Of a DNA stretch of 64,000 bases, positions 19,795 to 28,876 are shown piece after piece (positions within the stretch are counted from its first letter, which is position 1; each line of letters begins with the position of its first letter). This DNA is from an uncultured Kofleriaceae bacterium. GTDB lineage: Bacteria > Myxococcota_A > Polyangia > HGW-17. Where the stretch lies: the NCBI GenBank assembly GCA_964618145.1, contig CAZTZR010000007.1, positions 2,010 through 66,009 of the forward strand, read 5' to 3'. The position numbers and the translations under genes were made by a program. The notes under the pieces are model-generated. The model worked only from the letters and a program-made list of their open reading frames with translations. It was not told the origin of the DNA and did no database searches.

Positions 19795-20298
19795 TTATTT
19801 TGTGGGATTGGAAAAATACTCGAATGCCTTGATCAGATCCGGAGAGGGGTCCACCAGATAGACCAACTGGGGGAAGGGTTCCCGGAAGTTGCGGATTTCA
19901 TCCACCAGGGCCCGGGCCAGTTCCCTGGGGTGGATGTGGGTGGCGCAGGGGCCGGGGCCCGGAATGGAGATGCTTTCGAACTCCCTCCGGGCTGCCGCGA
20001 TCAGTGCGGCCCGGACGGATTGGCGCACATGCTCGATGCGCGCAGGATCCGAATCCTCCCGGCGGTTGGGAACATGAATGACCCATGAGGCGATGTCACA
20101 GGTTCCGGCAGGGGTGATGCTGGCCGCGCCGATGGCAAATGGAGCCACTTTCAGGATTTCCTGTTCAACGGATTCGCCACAGGCCTCCCGTATGGCCAGC
20201 CCGGGTCCCTGGGACATCAGTCCGCGGGTGGAAGTGGGGGCAACGAGAGCCGTCACGGAAAAAGACAATACGGTGGCATTCTTGACAATCAGTTCCAT
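19795..20298 (-). CDS. Small protein with a possible macro-domain-like (ADP-ribose binding) fold. It is the last gene of the Tad-like/FHA operon.
   Basis: The motif ALVAPTSTRGLMSQGPGLAIREACGE loosely resembles the macro-domain core A-N-x-x-L-x-GGGV-x-GAI-x-x-AAG. This is weak, and otherwise the ORF has no other support. It lies 16 nt downstream of the 851-aa FHA gene. Confidence 0.35.
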   Translation of the reverse strand: MELIVKNATVLSFSVTALVAPTSTRGLMSQGPGLAIREACGESVEQEILKVAPFAIGAASITPAGTCDIASWVIHVPNRREDSDPARIEHVRQSVRAALIAAARREFESISIPGPGPCATHIHPRELARALVDEIRNFREPFPQLVYLVDPSPDLIKAFEYFSNPTK

Positions 20299-20314
20299 GG
20301 CTTCTCCTGCAGGA

Positions 20315-22870
20315 CTAGTCGTCGTCGTCGTCGTCGATGATGACCCGGCGCATGCCTGGTTTCATGACGGGAGGCGGATCCATGGGTGCCGGCATGGGGG
20401 CAACCATCTGAACCGGCATGGGTGCCGGCATGGGCGGATCCATGGGTGCCGGCATGGGTGTGGGTGCCGGCATGGGTGTGGGGGCCGGCATGGGTGTGGA
20501 CATGATGACGATTTCCGTATCCATGACAGGCATCGGACCGCCGGTGATACGGGCCTGGGCCTTCTTGTAGACTTCGGAACTTTCCGGCACGATGCGCAGG
20601 ACCTGGCGGTATTTGTCCCGGGCACCCGGGGCATCTCCCATGTTGTAGGCTTCCTCGTAAATCGCCTGGGCCCGGGTTTCCAGTTGCCTCAGGACGTTGG
20701 AAACATCCTCTCCCATGGCCACAGCCCGGGTATAGGCCTGATAGGCTCCTTCCAGGTTGCCCTGGGCCAGGCGGGCGGCCGCAAGAAGCCTGGCGTTCTT
20801 GCCCAGCCCCGGTCGGCACTCGCCGAGATAGGAACCGCCGAGGGATGCATCACTGGCGACACAGCGGTCATAAGCGGAAAACTGGGACTCGAAATTGGTC
20901 GAGGAGGGATCGATGGTCAGAAATGCGGCGGCCATGGCTTCCAGTGCCGTGGCCTGTGCATTGAGCCGATCCGCGCGTGCTCCGGATTCCTGTTTGGCCA
21001 GATTGCGGGCTTCCTGAGCGGCACCCACAAAATCCTTGGCGTCATATTTGGCCTTGACGGCGGCCGGAAGTCCGGAACCCGAACCGGAACTGCCGGGCCC
21101 GGTGGGAGTCGGGGTCGAGGGCAGGACCACACCAGCGGCCGCCACGAGAAGACCCGGTTCGGCCTTTTCATCGAATGTTGCCTTGTCTGCCACAATGTCG
21201 GCATCAGTGCGGCAGGAATCAATCAGACTGGGTGTGCCTTCAAACTCCTTCAAATGCCTGCGCAGGGCTGCTCCGGAATAGGTTTCCTGGACGATGGTAT
21301 TGCGCAGATCCAGCACTTTTTTGCAGCCAGGATACTCGGTCAGTATTTCATCCAACTTGGCAATGGCTCCCTGTCTTCCCCGGGCGGTCTGCTCACTGGC
21401 CAGACTGGTGGCTTCCGTGATTTTTGTCTGGATGGCAATGTTGTCCGCATTGCGTTTCTGGATGATGCCCTGGGCAACTTTCAGTTGACCGTCATAATAG
21501 GATTTTGCCTTTTCTGCAATCAGATCGGCGATTTCGGACAGATGGCCGGGTGCCTGATTGAGTTTTTCCTCACTTTCGGAAGTGGGGAATCCCGCCCGGT
21601 TCAGTCGCAATTGAACAAAATGGATGGCTTCATCCAGATTTTTTCCGGCGTCCACTTTTTTCCTGGCATTGGCGATGAGTTCACTTTCGGGAGCCAGTTC
21701 CGCGGCTTCCCTGATTTTTTCCAGGGCGGCTTCCCAGTTTACCCGACCGGTGGGAGAGAGTTTGTCTTCACTGATGTAATAGGCGCCTGCTTCCTGCAGG
21801 AGGGCTTCTATCTTCTGTTCCCTTTCCCTGCGGGCAACCACTTCCGGGTCTTCTTTGGGTGCCTCTTTTTTGTCGCCACTGAGTTTGAGTGCGAAAAGCA
21901 TTGCGAAGAGCACAAGGATGACCACCGAAACCACAGCGATCATTTTTTTGCCCCGGGTGTTGAGCAACCTTCCGAGCGCCGAACCGGTCTGCTGGTTCTG
22001 CATCTGGATGGCGGCCTGGGATGGATCGTACGGAAGCACGTTCACGTTGGCGGTGCGGTCATCGGGCATCCCGGGAAATCTTCCCGGCGGTCCCATGGGG
22101 GGCCTTGCGCCGGGTTGCATTCCAGGCGGCATTCCGGGTTGCATTCCGGGCGGCATTCCGGGTTGCATTCCGGGTTGCATTCCAGGCGGCATTCCGGGTT
22201 GCATTCCGGGTTGCATTCCAGGCGGCATTCCAGGCGGCATTCCAGGCGGCATACTCGGCATTCTTCCCGGCGGTCCCATGGGGGGCCTTGCGCCGGGTTG
22301 CATTCCAGGCGGCATTCCGGGTTGCATTCCGGGCGGCATTCCGGGTTGCATTCCGGGTTGCATTCCAGGCGGCATTCCGGGTTGCATTCCGGGTTGCATT
22401 CCGGGCGGCATTCCGGGCGGCATCCCCTGTCCTGGATGACCCCCGGGTCCTCCGGGGGGGCCGCCCGCTCCCCATGCCTGATACATGGTGGGCTTTCTCT
22501 GGGGGGCCGGCTTGGCACCCGACTGTACCGGGACGGATCCGGATACTCCCGCCTGCATCCGGGGATCCATGTATTTCATGCGTGTCTTTCCGGATACAAT
22601 TACATCGCCGTTGGTCAGAACGTGTTCCTTGACCTTGGTGCCGTTGACCTTGGTGCCATTTCCGGAGCCCAGGTCCCTGAGCATGTATCCATCCTTGGAT
22701 GGAATGATGTCGAAATGTTTTCTCGAAACGGAAAGGTCTGCCAGAATGAAAGTGCATTGGGCTCCGCGTCCCACCACCACCGGATTGGCACCTAGCGGAT
22801 ATTTCTTGCCCGTGTCATTTCCTTCGACAATTTCCAGATAAGGTCCGCTAGCAACAGCATTGGGGTCCAT
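20315..22870 (-). CDS. FHA-domain protein (851 aa). It has an N-terminal FHA domain, then a long Pro-Gly-Met low-complexity repeat. This is followed by a TM helix, a periplasmic alpha-helical/TPR-like domain, a PMPAPT repeat and a poly-Asp tail.
   Basis: FHA domain: [25 protein letters not shown]...[26 protein letters not shown] repeats span ~150 aa. TM helix: [22 protein letters not shown]-terminus: [17 protein letters not shown]...[11 protein letters not shown]. Confidence 0.8.
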   Translation of the reverse strand: MDPNAVASGPYLEIVEGNDTGKKYPLGANPVVVGRGAQCTFILADLSVSRKHFDIIPSKDGYMLRDLGSGNGTKVNGTKVKEHVLTNGDVIVSGKTRMKYMDPRMQAGVSGSVPVQSGAKPAPQRKPTMYQAWGAGGPPGGPGGHPGQGMPPGMPPGMQPGMQPGMPPGMQPGMQPGMPPGMQPGMPPGMQPGARPPMGPPGRMPSMPPGMPPGMPPGMQPGMQPGMPPGMQPGMQPGMPPGMQPGMPPGMQPGARPPMGPPGRFPGMPDDRTANVNVLPYDPSQAAIQMQNQQTGSALGRLLNTRGKKMIAVVSVVILVLFAMLFALKLSGDKKEAPKEDPEVVARREREQKIEALLQEAGAYYISEDKLSPTGRVNWEAALEKIREAAELAPESELIANARKKVDAGKNLDEAIHFVQLRLNRAGFPTSESEEKLNQAPGHLSEIADLIAEKAKSYYDGQLKVAQGIIQKRNADNIAIQTKITEATSLASEQTARGRQGAIAKLDEILTEYPGCKKVLDLRNTIVQETYSGAALRRHLKEFEGTPSLIDSCRTDADIVADKATFDEKAEPGLLVAAAGVVLPSTPTPTGPGSSGSGSGLPAAVKAKYDAKDFVGAAQEARNLAKQESGARADRLNAQATALEAMAAAFLTIDPSSTNFESQFSAYDRCVASDASLGGSYLGECRPGLGKNARLLAAARLAQGNLEGAYQAYTRAVAMGEDVSNVLRQLETRAQAIYEEAYNMGDAPGARDKYRQVLRIVPESSEVYKKAQARITGGPMPVMDTEIVIMSTPMPAPTPMPAPTPMPAPMDPPMPAPMPVQMVAPMPAPMDPPPVMKPGMRRVIIDDDDDD
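22083..22446. repeat. In-frame tandem duplication (2 x ~183 bp) inside the 851-aa FHA gene, itself built from CATTCC(R)GG(Y)(K)G short repeats.
   Basis: The block cccggcggtcccatggggggccttgcgccgggttgcattccaggcggcattccgggttgcattcc... starts at 22083 and again at 22266. It encodes the duplicated [11 protein letters not shown] stretches. Confidence 0.8.
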
Positions 22871-22883
22871 GGCTACCTCACAA

Positions 22884-24296
22884 CTATTCGGAAAGATCCC
22901 GAATGATGACTTCCAGTTTCTGCCTTCTCGGATCCTCTGGCGGGAAGTTTTCCAACTTCTCCTGCAGATCGAGTTGCGTTTTCTTCATCTCCCGGGTGTC
23001 CACCGTGCGCAGGATTTCCTGTGCCTTGCCCAGACTGATGTCAAATATGTGATCCAGTTCCCGGTTGAGAATGGCGATGGTGCGGACAGAGTCCTTGTAC
23101 ATCGCATTGAACTGGGCCATGTCCGGGGTCTCCAGATTCGCGAGTTCCAGCAGGTCGATGACCCTGTAGAATTTGATCAGGCTTTCCCGGTAATTGCTGG
23201 GGTGCTGCTCCCGACGATCAAACTGTTCCTTGGCAAGGGTATAGTCCTCGGACGCCCTTTCCAGATTCGGTTTGGGCAACTGGGTGGTTTTGATGCGCAC
23301 ATAAAAGACGACCCACTGTTCGTTGCCGGAACCCTGTATGGTTTCGGGGTGGTTGTACAGATTCCGGAATTCGAGGATGTTTTCCCCCACATGGAGTTTG
23401 ATTTCGGGGTTTTGTTTGGAGGCCCGATACAAATCCACATAATAGTTGTACTTTGGCTGGTTCGGGGGAGCCCATTCGGCATAGCGCACGCGTTGTCCGT
23501 TCAACAGGATTTCAACTTCCCTGTCTTTTTCGATCATCCCCGCTGCGTATGTCAGCACGACCCGGGTCTCGGGAGCCGCCACCTGGAAGGAGAGTTTGAG
23601 GCTGTGTTTGTGGGGGATGCAGCCATAACATTCCCCGAAATAATTTTCCAGGAAACTGGTCCAGGCATTTTCCCGGTACTCCACCACCACCTCACTTTGA
23701 TCAGGAATCTGCTGGACAACCTTTTCCTTGGGCTGAACCGCCATCAGGATCAGTTTCCCCAGTACCAGGGCCAGCATGACCGCAGTCAGGGTGATTCCCA
23801 GTCGGCCGGTGGGTTTGCTCCAGAGTTGATTGAACTTTTCGCCCATGGAAAGGCTGACCACTTCATGATCCAGTTTTTCCTTCTGTTTGTCGTTCAACTG
23901 GATGACAACCGTGGGTTCTCCTGCGGCTTCGGTGTCAATGTTGGTGAACATGATGTTCACGGTGCCCGCAGTGATGTAGTCACCGTCCTTGAGCACTTCG
24001 GGCTGAACCAGGATTTTTCCGTTGAGCCGGGTACCATTGGAGGAACCTGCATCCTCCACCATGAAAACACCGCGTTTTCCCCATACATGGGCATGGTTGC
24101 GGCTGATGCTGTCATCAATGAGTACAATGGTGTTTTCCTCGGTCCGCCCGATGGTGGCGTCACTTTCGAAATAGTATTCTTCCCCCCGTTGGCGCCCGTC
24201 CTGGATGGTCAGCATGAAACCGGTGGGGGACTCCTTGCGTCCCTTTCCACCGGCGGCTCCGCCGCGTCGATTGTGGTGTCGTCTCTGCTGGGCCAA
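22884..24296 (-). CDS. FHA-domain protein (470 aa) with one TM helix and a periplasmic domain.
   Basis: FHA domain: ATIGRTEENTIVLIDDSISRNHAHV...VEDAGSSNGTRLNG. TM helix: LGITLTAVMLALVLGKLILMAV. Its start abuts the tadC stop (24296/24297). Confidence 0.8.
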   Translation of the reverse strand: MAQQRRHHNRRGGAAGGKGRKESPTGFMLTIQDGRQRGEEYYFESDATIGRTEENTIVLIDDSISRNHAHVWGKRGVFMVEDAGSSNGTRLNGKILVQPEVLKDGDYITAGTVNIMFTNIDTEAAGEPTVVIQLNDKQKEKLDHEVVSLSMGEKFNQLWSKPTGRLGITLTAVMLALVLGKLILMAVQPKEKVVQQIPDQSEVVVEYRENAWTSFLENYFGECYGCIPHKHSLKLSFQVAAPETRVVLTYAAGMIEKDREVEILLNGQRVRYAEWAPPNQPKYNYYVDLYRASKQNPEIKLHVGENILEFRNLYNHPETIQGSGNEQWVVFYVRIKTTQLPKPNLERASEDYTLAKEQFDRREQHPSNYRESLIKFYRVIDLLELANLETPDMAQFNAMYKDSVRTIAILNRELDHIFDISLGKAQEILRTVDTREMKKTQLDLQEKLENFPPEDPRRQKLEVIIRDLSE

Positions 24297-25172
24297 CTAG
24301 ATTCCTCCTGCGCCACTCATGAACGCGTAGACGATGGGTGCGAACAGAACCAGAAAAACCGTGGGGAAGATGCAAATGACCAGGGGAAAAAGCATCTTGA
24401 CCGGGGCTTCATTGGCTTTCTTTTCAGCCAGTTGTGTGCGGTCAATCCGCATCTGGGTGGACTGGATGCGCAGGATTTTTCCGAGGCTTGTTCCCATGCG
24501 ATCCGCCTGGATGAGATTCGTTACGAAAGAGGAAATGGCCATGACCTGGATCCTCTTGGCCATGTTGCGCAGGGATTCTTCGCGGGTGCGACCCATGCGG
24601 ATTTCGGAGAGCATCAGGGAGAACTCGTCGGACAGGGGGCCTGCCTTGGCCTTTTCCACCACCGTTTGGATGGCGGCCTGGAAATCCAGTCCGGCCTCGA
24701 CTGACAGGGTGAGAAGATCCAGCGCATAGGGGAGTGCCCTTACAATCTTTTTCTGCCGGCGCTTGATCTGTTCCCTGAGCCACATGTATGGATACAAAAA
24801 GCCGAAAATGCCTCCGAAAGCCGCCCAGTACAGGGGTTTGTTCAGGGCATTGAGCAAGACCACCATGAACAGGGAGAAAAAGACGGTTCCGAGTTCCTGG
24901 TAAACGAGAAACTCCTCGGCGGTCAGTTCCGGCCTGCCCATGGCGATGAACTTCCATTTCATCTTTTCCCGGTAGGCATCGGAAATGAATTTTGACTGGG
25001 CACGGCCCATCTTGCGGAACAAAAGGGACCTGGCGGTCCTGGCTACGTTGCGCCCGCCACTTTCCTCGGCGGCTTCCGCCAGCAGTTGTGTCGGATACAA
25101 CCCCCAGAAAAGCAGAAAAACGGCCAGTCCCGTCAATCCGATTGCTACCATAAGCATCATGTTGCTATCCAT
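24297..25172 (-). CDS. tadC: TadC-like inner-membrane platform protein (T2SS-F/GspF domain).
   Basis: ~290 aa, polytopic. T2SSF-type helical cytoplasmic domain (LPYALDLLTLSVEAGLDFQAAIQ). Paired with an upstream TadB paralog. Confidence 0.75.
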   Translation of the reverse strand: MDSNMMLMVAIGLTGLAVFLLFWGLYPTQLLAEAAEESGGRNVARTARSLLFRKMGRAQSKFISDAYREKMKWKFIAMGRPELTAEEFLVYQELGTVFFSLFMVVLLNALNKPLYWAAFGGIFGFLYPYMWLREQIKRRQKKIVRALPYALDLLTLSVEAGLDFQAAIQTVVEKAKAGPLSDEFSLMLSEIRMGRTREESLRNMAKRIQVMAISSFVTNLIQADRMGTSLGKILRIQSTQMRIDRTQLAEKKANEAPVKMLFPLVICIFPTVFLVLFAPIVYAFMSGAGGI

Positions 25173-25174
25173 GG

Positions 25175-26017
25175 CTACACATCAATATCCACGATTTTGT
25201 AAATCATCCAGATCCCTGCGGCAATCATCACGATAATGACGGCAATGACCACCTTTCCAAAGGTTGATGCAAGAAAAGGCCCCATCAGGTCGGGCCTCAT
25301 GGCATTCATCACGATGCCCAGGAATATAGGCATGCAGCCGACCACCCACGCCTGCATCTTGCCCTGGGAGGTCAATGCCTTGATTTTGCCCTCCAGGCGG
25401 AAACGCTCCCGGATGGTGGCGGCGATGATTTCGTACATTTCTGCCATGTTGCCGCCGAGTTTGCGCGACACGTTGGTGGCGGTGACCACCAAATCCAGAT
25501 CTTCGGAGCCCACGCGCTTGTTCAGGTTTTCCAGGGCTTCTTCGGTGGGAAGTCCCAGTTTGAGTTCCTTGATGGTCAGGCTGAATTCCTGTCCCAGGGG
25601 CGCCGGGACTTCCCGGGAGATGCTTTCCATGGCCTGTTGCAGGGTGAGACCGGCCTTGAATGCCGCAGACATCTGGGAAAGGGCATCCACCAGTTGGACA
25701 TTGAACCGGGCGATCCGGCGCTTGCGGATCATCCGGATGCCCCACAAGGGCAGAATGAACCCGATGCCGAACAGGATGATGGCACCGAACCAGCCAAAGA
25801 TGACAAACCCGAGAAGGCTCATGATGAACGCGATGATGAGGGTGATGGTCATCAACTGGGCGGGAGAAATGAACATGAACATGTCCCCGAGGGTGGCAGT
25901 GCCCCGGGTGGCATATTTTTCCTCGTACAGTTCGAGGGCTTTCGTGACAATGCTGAATACGTACAGCGAAAGCACGAACGTTGAGACGAAGAAGAAAAGT
26001 ACCGCAAGACCGAGCAT
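25175..26017 (-). CDS. tadB: TadB-like inner-membrane platform protein (T2SS-F/GspF domain).
   Basis: ~280 aa, polytopic. T2SSF domain (QLVDALSQMSAAFKAGLTLQQAM). Only 2 nt gap to tadC. Confidence 0.75.
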   Translation of the reverse strand: MLGLAVLFFFVSTFVLSLYVFSIVTKALELYEEKYATRGTATLGDMFMFISPAQLMTITLIIAFIMSLLGFVIFGWFGAIILFGIGFILPLWGIRMIRKRRIARFNVQLVDALSQMSAAFKAGLTLQQAMESISREVPAPLGQEFSLTIKELKLGLPTEEALENLNKRVGSEDLDLVVTATNVSRKLGGNMAEMYEIIAATIRERFRLEGKIKALTSQGKMQAWVVGCMPIFLGIVMNAMRPDLMGPFLASTFGKVVIAVIIVMIAAGIWMIYKIVDIDV

Positions 26018-26034
26018 GGTATTTTGACTCCGGC

Positions 26035-26853
26035 TTATTGCGGGGGAACGGGGATGTCCTTGCCGATGCCACGGAGAATGCGGATGGTGTCGAGCGTCTG
26101 GATGCGCTGCATCCGGAGTTTCTTCGCCCGCTCGCGGGTCAGCAGGGTCTTGAGTGTGGTCCAGGCCCGTTCCTGCATGAGTCCGCGGTCATCGGGATTA
26201 CGCAGGGTCAGGGCGAGATCACCCACCTTCTGGGCAAGAACCAGCATTTCCGCCTCCTCGGGAAGCACGAGCAAGGTCACAGTGGCGAACGTGGCATCCA
26301 CGCTTTCGGGATTGTTCACGCCCTGGCCGCGTTCGCCCGTTTTCAGGACAACGATGTTTTCCAGGAGAGTGATAGCCACCATTTCGGATTGATCCCCGGC
26401 GGCGTTCTGGAAGGTGCCGAGGACATCGACATGATCGTTGGCCTGCAACCAGAAACCTACGGCAGAAGTGTTGTTCACCGAAATGGTAATGGCCCGGCCC
26501 CCCGGTCTCAGGCGCTGGCCGAGACTCTTGTCGGTTTCCTGTCCTTCCAGATTGTGGAAGTAGATGGGTTGCCCTTTTTCAATGCGATGGATCAGCAGTC
26601 GTCTTCGGTTGAGTTCCAGATCACCAGGCGTGAGCATGGAATCCGTATAAAACTGCTCGGGAATCTCCCCTTCTTCCACGATGTCCACGGTCAGGGGGGT
26701 TCGGGGTTTGATGGGACTGGCTGCCACAAGGATTTTCACCGTGCGCCAACGGGAGCGGATTTTGGTCTGCTCCCGCTTAATCATCGTCTGGACGATGAGG
26801 GCTGCCACGATTGCCAGGGCGATAGCTATGATAATTGGCGCTTTGCCTTTCAT
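26035..26853 (-). CDS. cpaB: CpaB/RcpC-like Flp-pilus assembly protein (SAF domain).
   Basis: N-terminal TM anchor (APIIIAIALAIVAALIV). SAF-like beta domain followed by the RcpC-type C-terminal domain. Typical length. Confidence 0.75.
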   Translation of the reverse strand: MKGKAPIIIAIALAIVAALIVQTMIKREQTKIRSRWRTVKILVAASPIKPRTPLTVDIVEEGEIPEQFYTDSMLTPGDLELNRRRLLIHRIEKGQPIYFHNLEGQETDKSLGQRLRPGGRAITISVNNTSAVGFWLQANDHVDVLGTFQNAAGDQSEMVAITLLENIVVLKTGERGQGVNNPESVDATFATVTLLVLPEEAEMLVLAQKVGDLALTLRNPDDRGLMQERAWTTLKTLLTRERAKKLRMQRIQTLDTIRILRGIGKDIPVPPQ

Positions 26854-26981
26854 CGGGCGTCAACTCCTTTGTGCGTCGAGTGCAAAAAGACCGATATTCG
26901 ATCGAACACACCAGATCCGCGTTATCATATAGATTGGAACGTCTGGCGTCAAGGGATACTGACAGGAACAACGGTCCTTCG

Positions 26982-28835
26982 TTACGGATTCTCGGGGGTG
27001 ATCAGCGGATTCATGTCCACCCGGACAAGCCTGCCCGCCAGAAGCGAGATCGTCTTTTCCCGGTGTGGGATTCCCTTTCCGGCCGATTCGACACGGGCCT
27101 TGATGCTGGAACTGTCCCAGATATCCGGGAAGGGGATTTCCAGCATGGTTCCGGGCAGGCCCGGAAGGGTACGCATTTCCCCTTCGAGAATATGCACTGC
27201 GATGGCACTGCCGGAGGGGGCGTTGACAATCAGGCGGGCAGGCCTCCAGTTGAGCCGGACGTGGATGCGGTTGGACTGCATGGAGGCGGGGATGGTGATG
27301 GAACGGGAATAACAGAGCGGATGGGTGAAGGTCAGGGTATGGGTGCCCGGGCCGACACGGATGCGGGATATGGCGGGAGGCTGTGGTCCCCATTGGCCCA
27401 GTTCCCGCTCGTTGAGGAACACTTTCACGTTTCCCTGGGGGAAGGGAATCAAATCGAATGTGCGCAATGCATCCATGGAGGTTTCCACAGGCATCGGCAA
27501 CACGGGAAGGATAGGCCGCAGGTTCTTCACGGTCGGAATGCCCATGGTCAGGGGGGGGGGCATGACAGGTTGCTCCACCATGGGAACCGGCACATCCAGG
27601 GTGATCGGGTCTTCGGTAGTGGGATACTCCGGATCCGCGGGTGTCATGGCGGTGATGGTTTCAGGCGTGAGGGAAACACCGGAGAACGGAAGGTATTCGA
27701 GGGATGGGCCCAGTTTGTGCCAGGCCAGAATGGAAAGAACCAGAAGTGTGAGCAACACCGCCAGGGATGGAAGGATCCATTTCCGGAAATTCTTTCCGGT
27801 CCGGTGCAACTCCAGCCAGATGGACTGGACCCGGTTATCGGCGGGGGCCAGATGCAGCAGGCGTGCAATGATCTGGTGCGCTAAGGGCTTTCCCGGATTC
27901 ATCTGGACGCCATCGAGGAGACTTTCGATGATTGCCGGTGTGCGGTTCTCCTCGAAGGATTCCGGATCCATGAGCAGGTTTTTGCATTCCCCGGGAATGT
28001 TGGCAGCCTGAATTCCGGACAAACCGAGAATCTCTTCGGTCATTTCAAGAAGTTCTTCCGTGGATTCCGGCCGGTCTTCCGGGAATTTTTCCAGGCAGCG
28101 GCGAATGATGCGTGCCACGGGGGTGCCAATGTCCGGCTTTCGCACCTCCGGATCCGGGTAGTCGGTTTCGGCAATCCTGACCAGGACTGCATGGGGGTTG
28201 TTGCCCGAGAAGGGCAACTCACCCACCGTGAGTTGGTACAACAGGATCCCCAGGGCGAAGATGTCGGCGGGTTTTCCGGCTTCTTCTCCCCGCACGATCT
28301 CCGGAGCCATGAAGGCCGGGGAGCCGAGGATCTGGCCGGTGGAGGTCATCTTCGGATTTTCCACGATCCGGGCAATCCCGAAATCCATCAACTTCAGTTC
28401 CCCGCCCGGAGTGATCATGATGTTTTCGGGTTTCAGATCCCGGTGGATGATGCCGGCGGAGTGGGCGTGCCCCAGTGCAACCAGAAGACGGTGGAAAACC
28501 AGCAGGCCCGATTCACTGAGTGTGAAGGTGTGTTCCCGGCAGAAACGTGCCAGGGTGACCCCGGGAATGAACTCCGTAACAATGTAGGTGTGCTCCGAGT
28601 CCGGTCCGGAATAGTCATAGACTTCCGGAATCAACGGGTGTTGGAGCCGGGCCACTGCCCGGGCCTCCGCAGCGATGCGTTCTTTTGCCTGCAATTCCTC
28701 GGAGAGATGCGGGTGAAGCAGTTTGAGGGCCACTGTCCTCCCGAGCATCGTATCGTGGGCCTTGAACACAACGGCCATGCCGCCGCGTCCGACCTCTTCG
28801 ATGATCCGGTATTTGCCGATCTGAGTCAGTGCCAT
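26982..28835 (-). CDS. Eukaryotic-like Ser/Thr protein kinase with a TM helix and a C-terminal periplasmic domain.
   Basis: VAVKLL (VALKLL here), HRDLKPENI, DFG and APE motifs. TM helix: WILPSLAVLLTLLVLSILAW. Start taken at MALTQIGKYRI (28835). An alternative start at 28886 would overlap obg. Confidence 0.85.
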   Translation of the reverse strand: MALTQIGKYRIIEEVGRGGMAVVFKAHDTMLGRTVALKLLHPHLSEELQAKERIAAEARAVARLQHPLIPEVYDYSGPDSEHTYIVTEFIPGVTLARFCREHTFTLSESGLLVFHRLLVALGHAHSAGIIHRDLKPENIMITPGGELKLMDFGIARIVENPKMTSTGQILGSPAFMAPEIVRGEEAGKPADIFALGILLYQLTVGELPFSGNNPHAVLVRIAETDYPDPEVRKPDIGTPVARIIRRCLEKFPEDRPESTEELLEMTEEILGLSGIQAANIPGECKNLLMDPESFEENRTPAIIESLLDGVQMNPGKPLAHQIIARLLHLAPADNRVQSIWLELHRTGKNFRKWILPSLAVLLTLLVLSILAWHKLGPSLEYLPFSGVSLTPETITAMTPADPEYPTTEDPITLDVPVPMVEQPVMPPPLTMGIPTVKNLRPILPVLPMPVETSMDALRTFDLIPFPQGNVKVFLNERELGQWGPQPPAISRIRVGPGTHTLTFTHPLCYSRSITIPASMQSNRIHVRLNWRPARLIVNAPSGSAIAVHILEGEMRTLPGLPGTMLEIPFPDIWDSSSIKARVESAGKGIPHREKTISLLAGRLVRVDMNPLITPENP

Positions 28836-28876
28836 GAACCTGCCTGCAACTCCCGCATCGGGAGACCAGACCTGTT

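Noticed and set aside
20078-22795. 905-aa plus-strand ORF antisense to the 851-aa FHA gene (contains [10 protein letters not shown] repeats)
   Set aside because: The repeat DNA is open in several frames. This frame gives Gly/His/Arg low complexity with no domain. The minus-strand frame carries a textbook FHA domain and TM helix.
22860-24704. 614-aa plus-strand ORF antisense to the 470-aa FHA and tadC genes
   Set aside because: Antisense artefact. The sense genes have FHA and T2SSF-domain evidence.
25182-26072. 296-aa minus ORF in an alternative frame of tadB (His/Pro/Arg-rich)
   Set aside because: Out-of-frame overlap of a well-supported polytopic TadB ORF, with non-protein-like composition.
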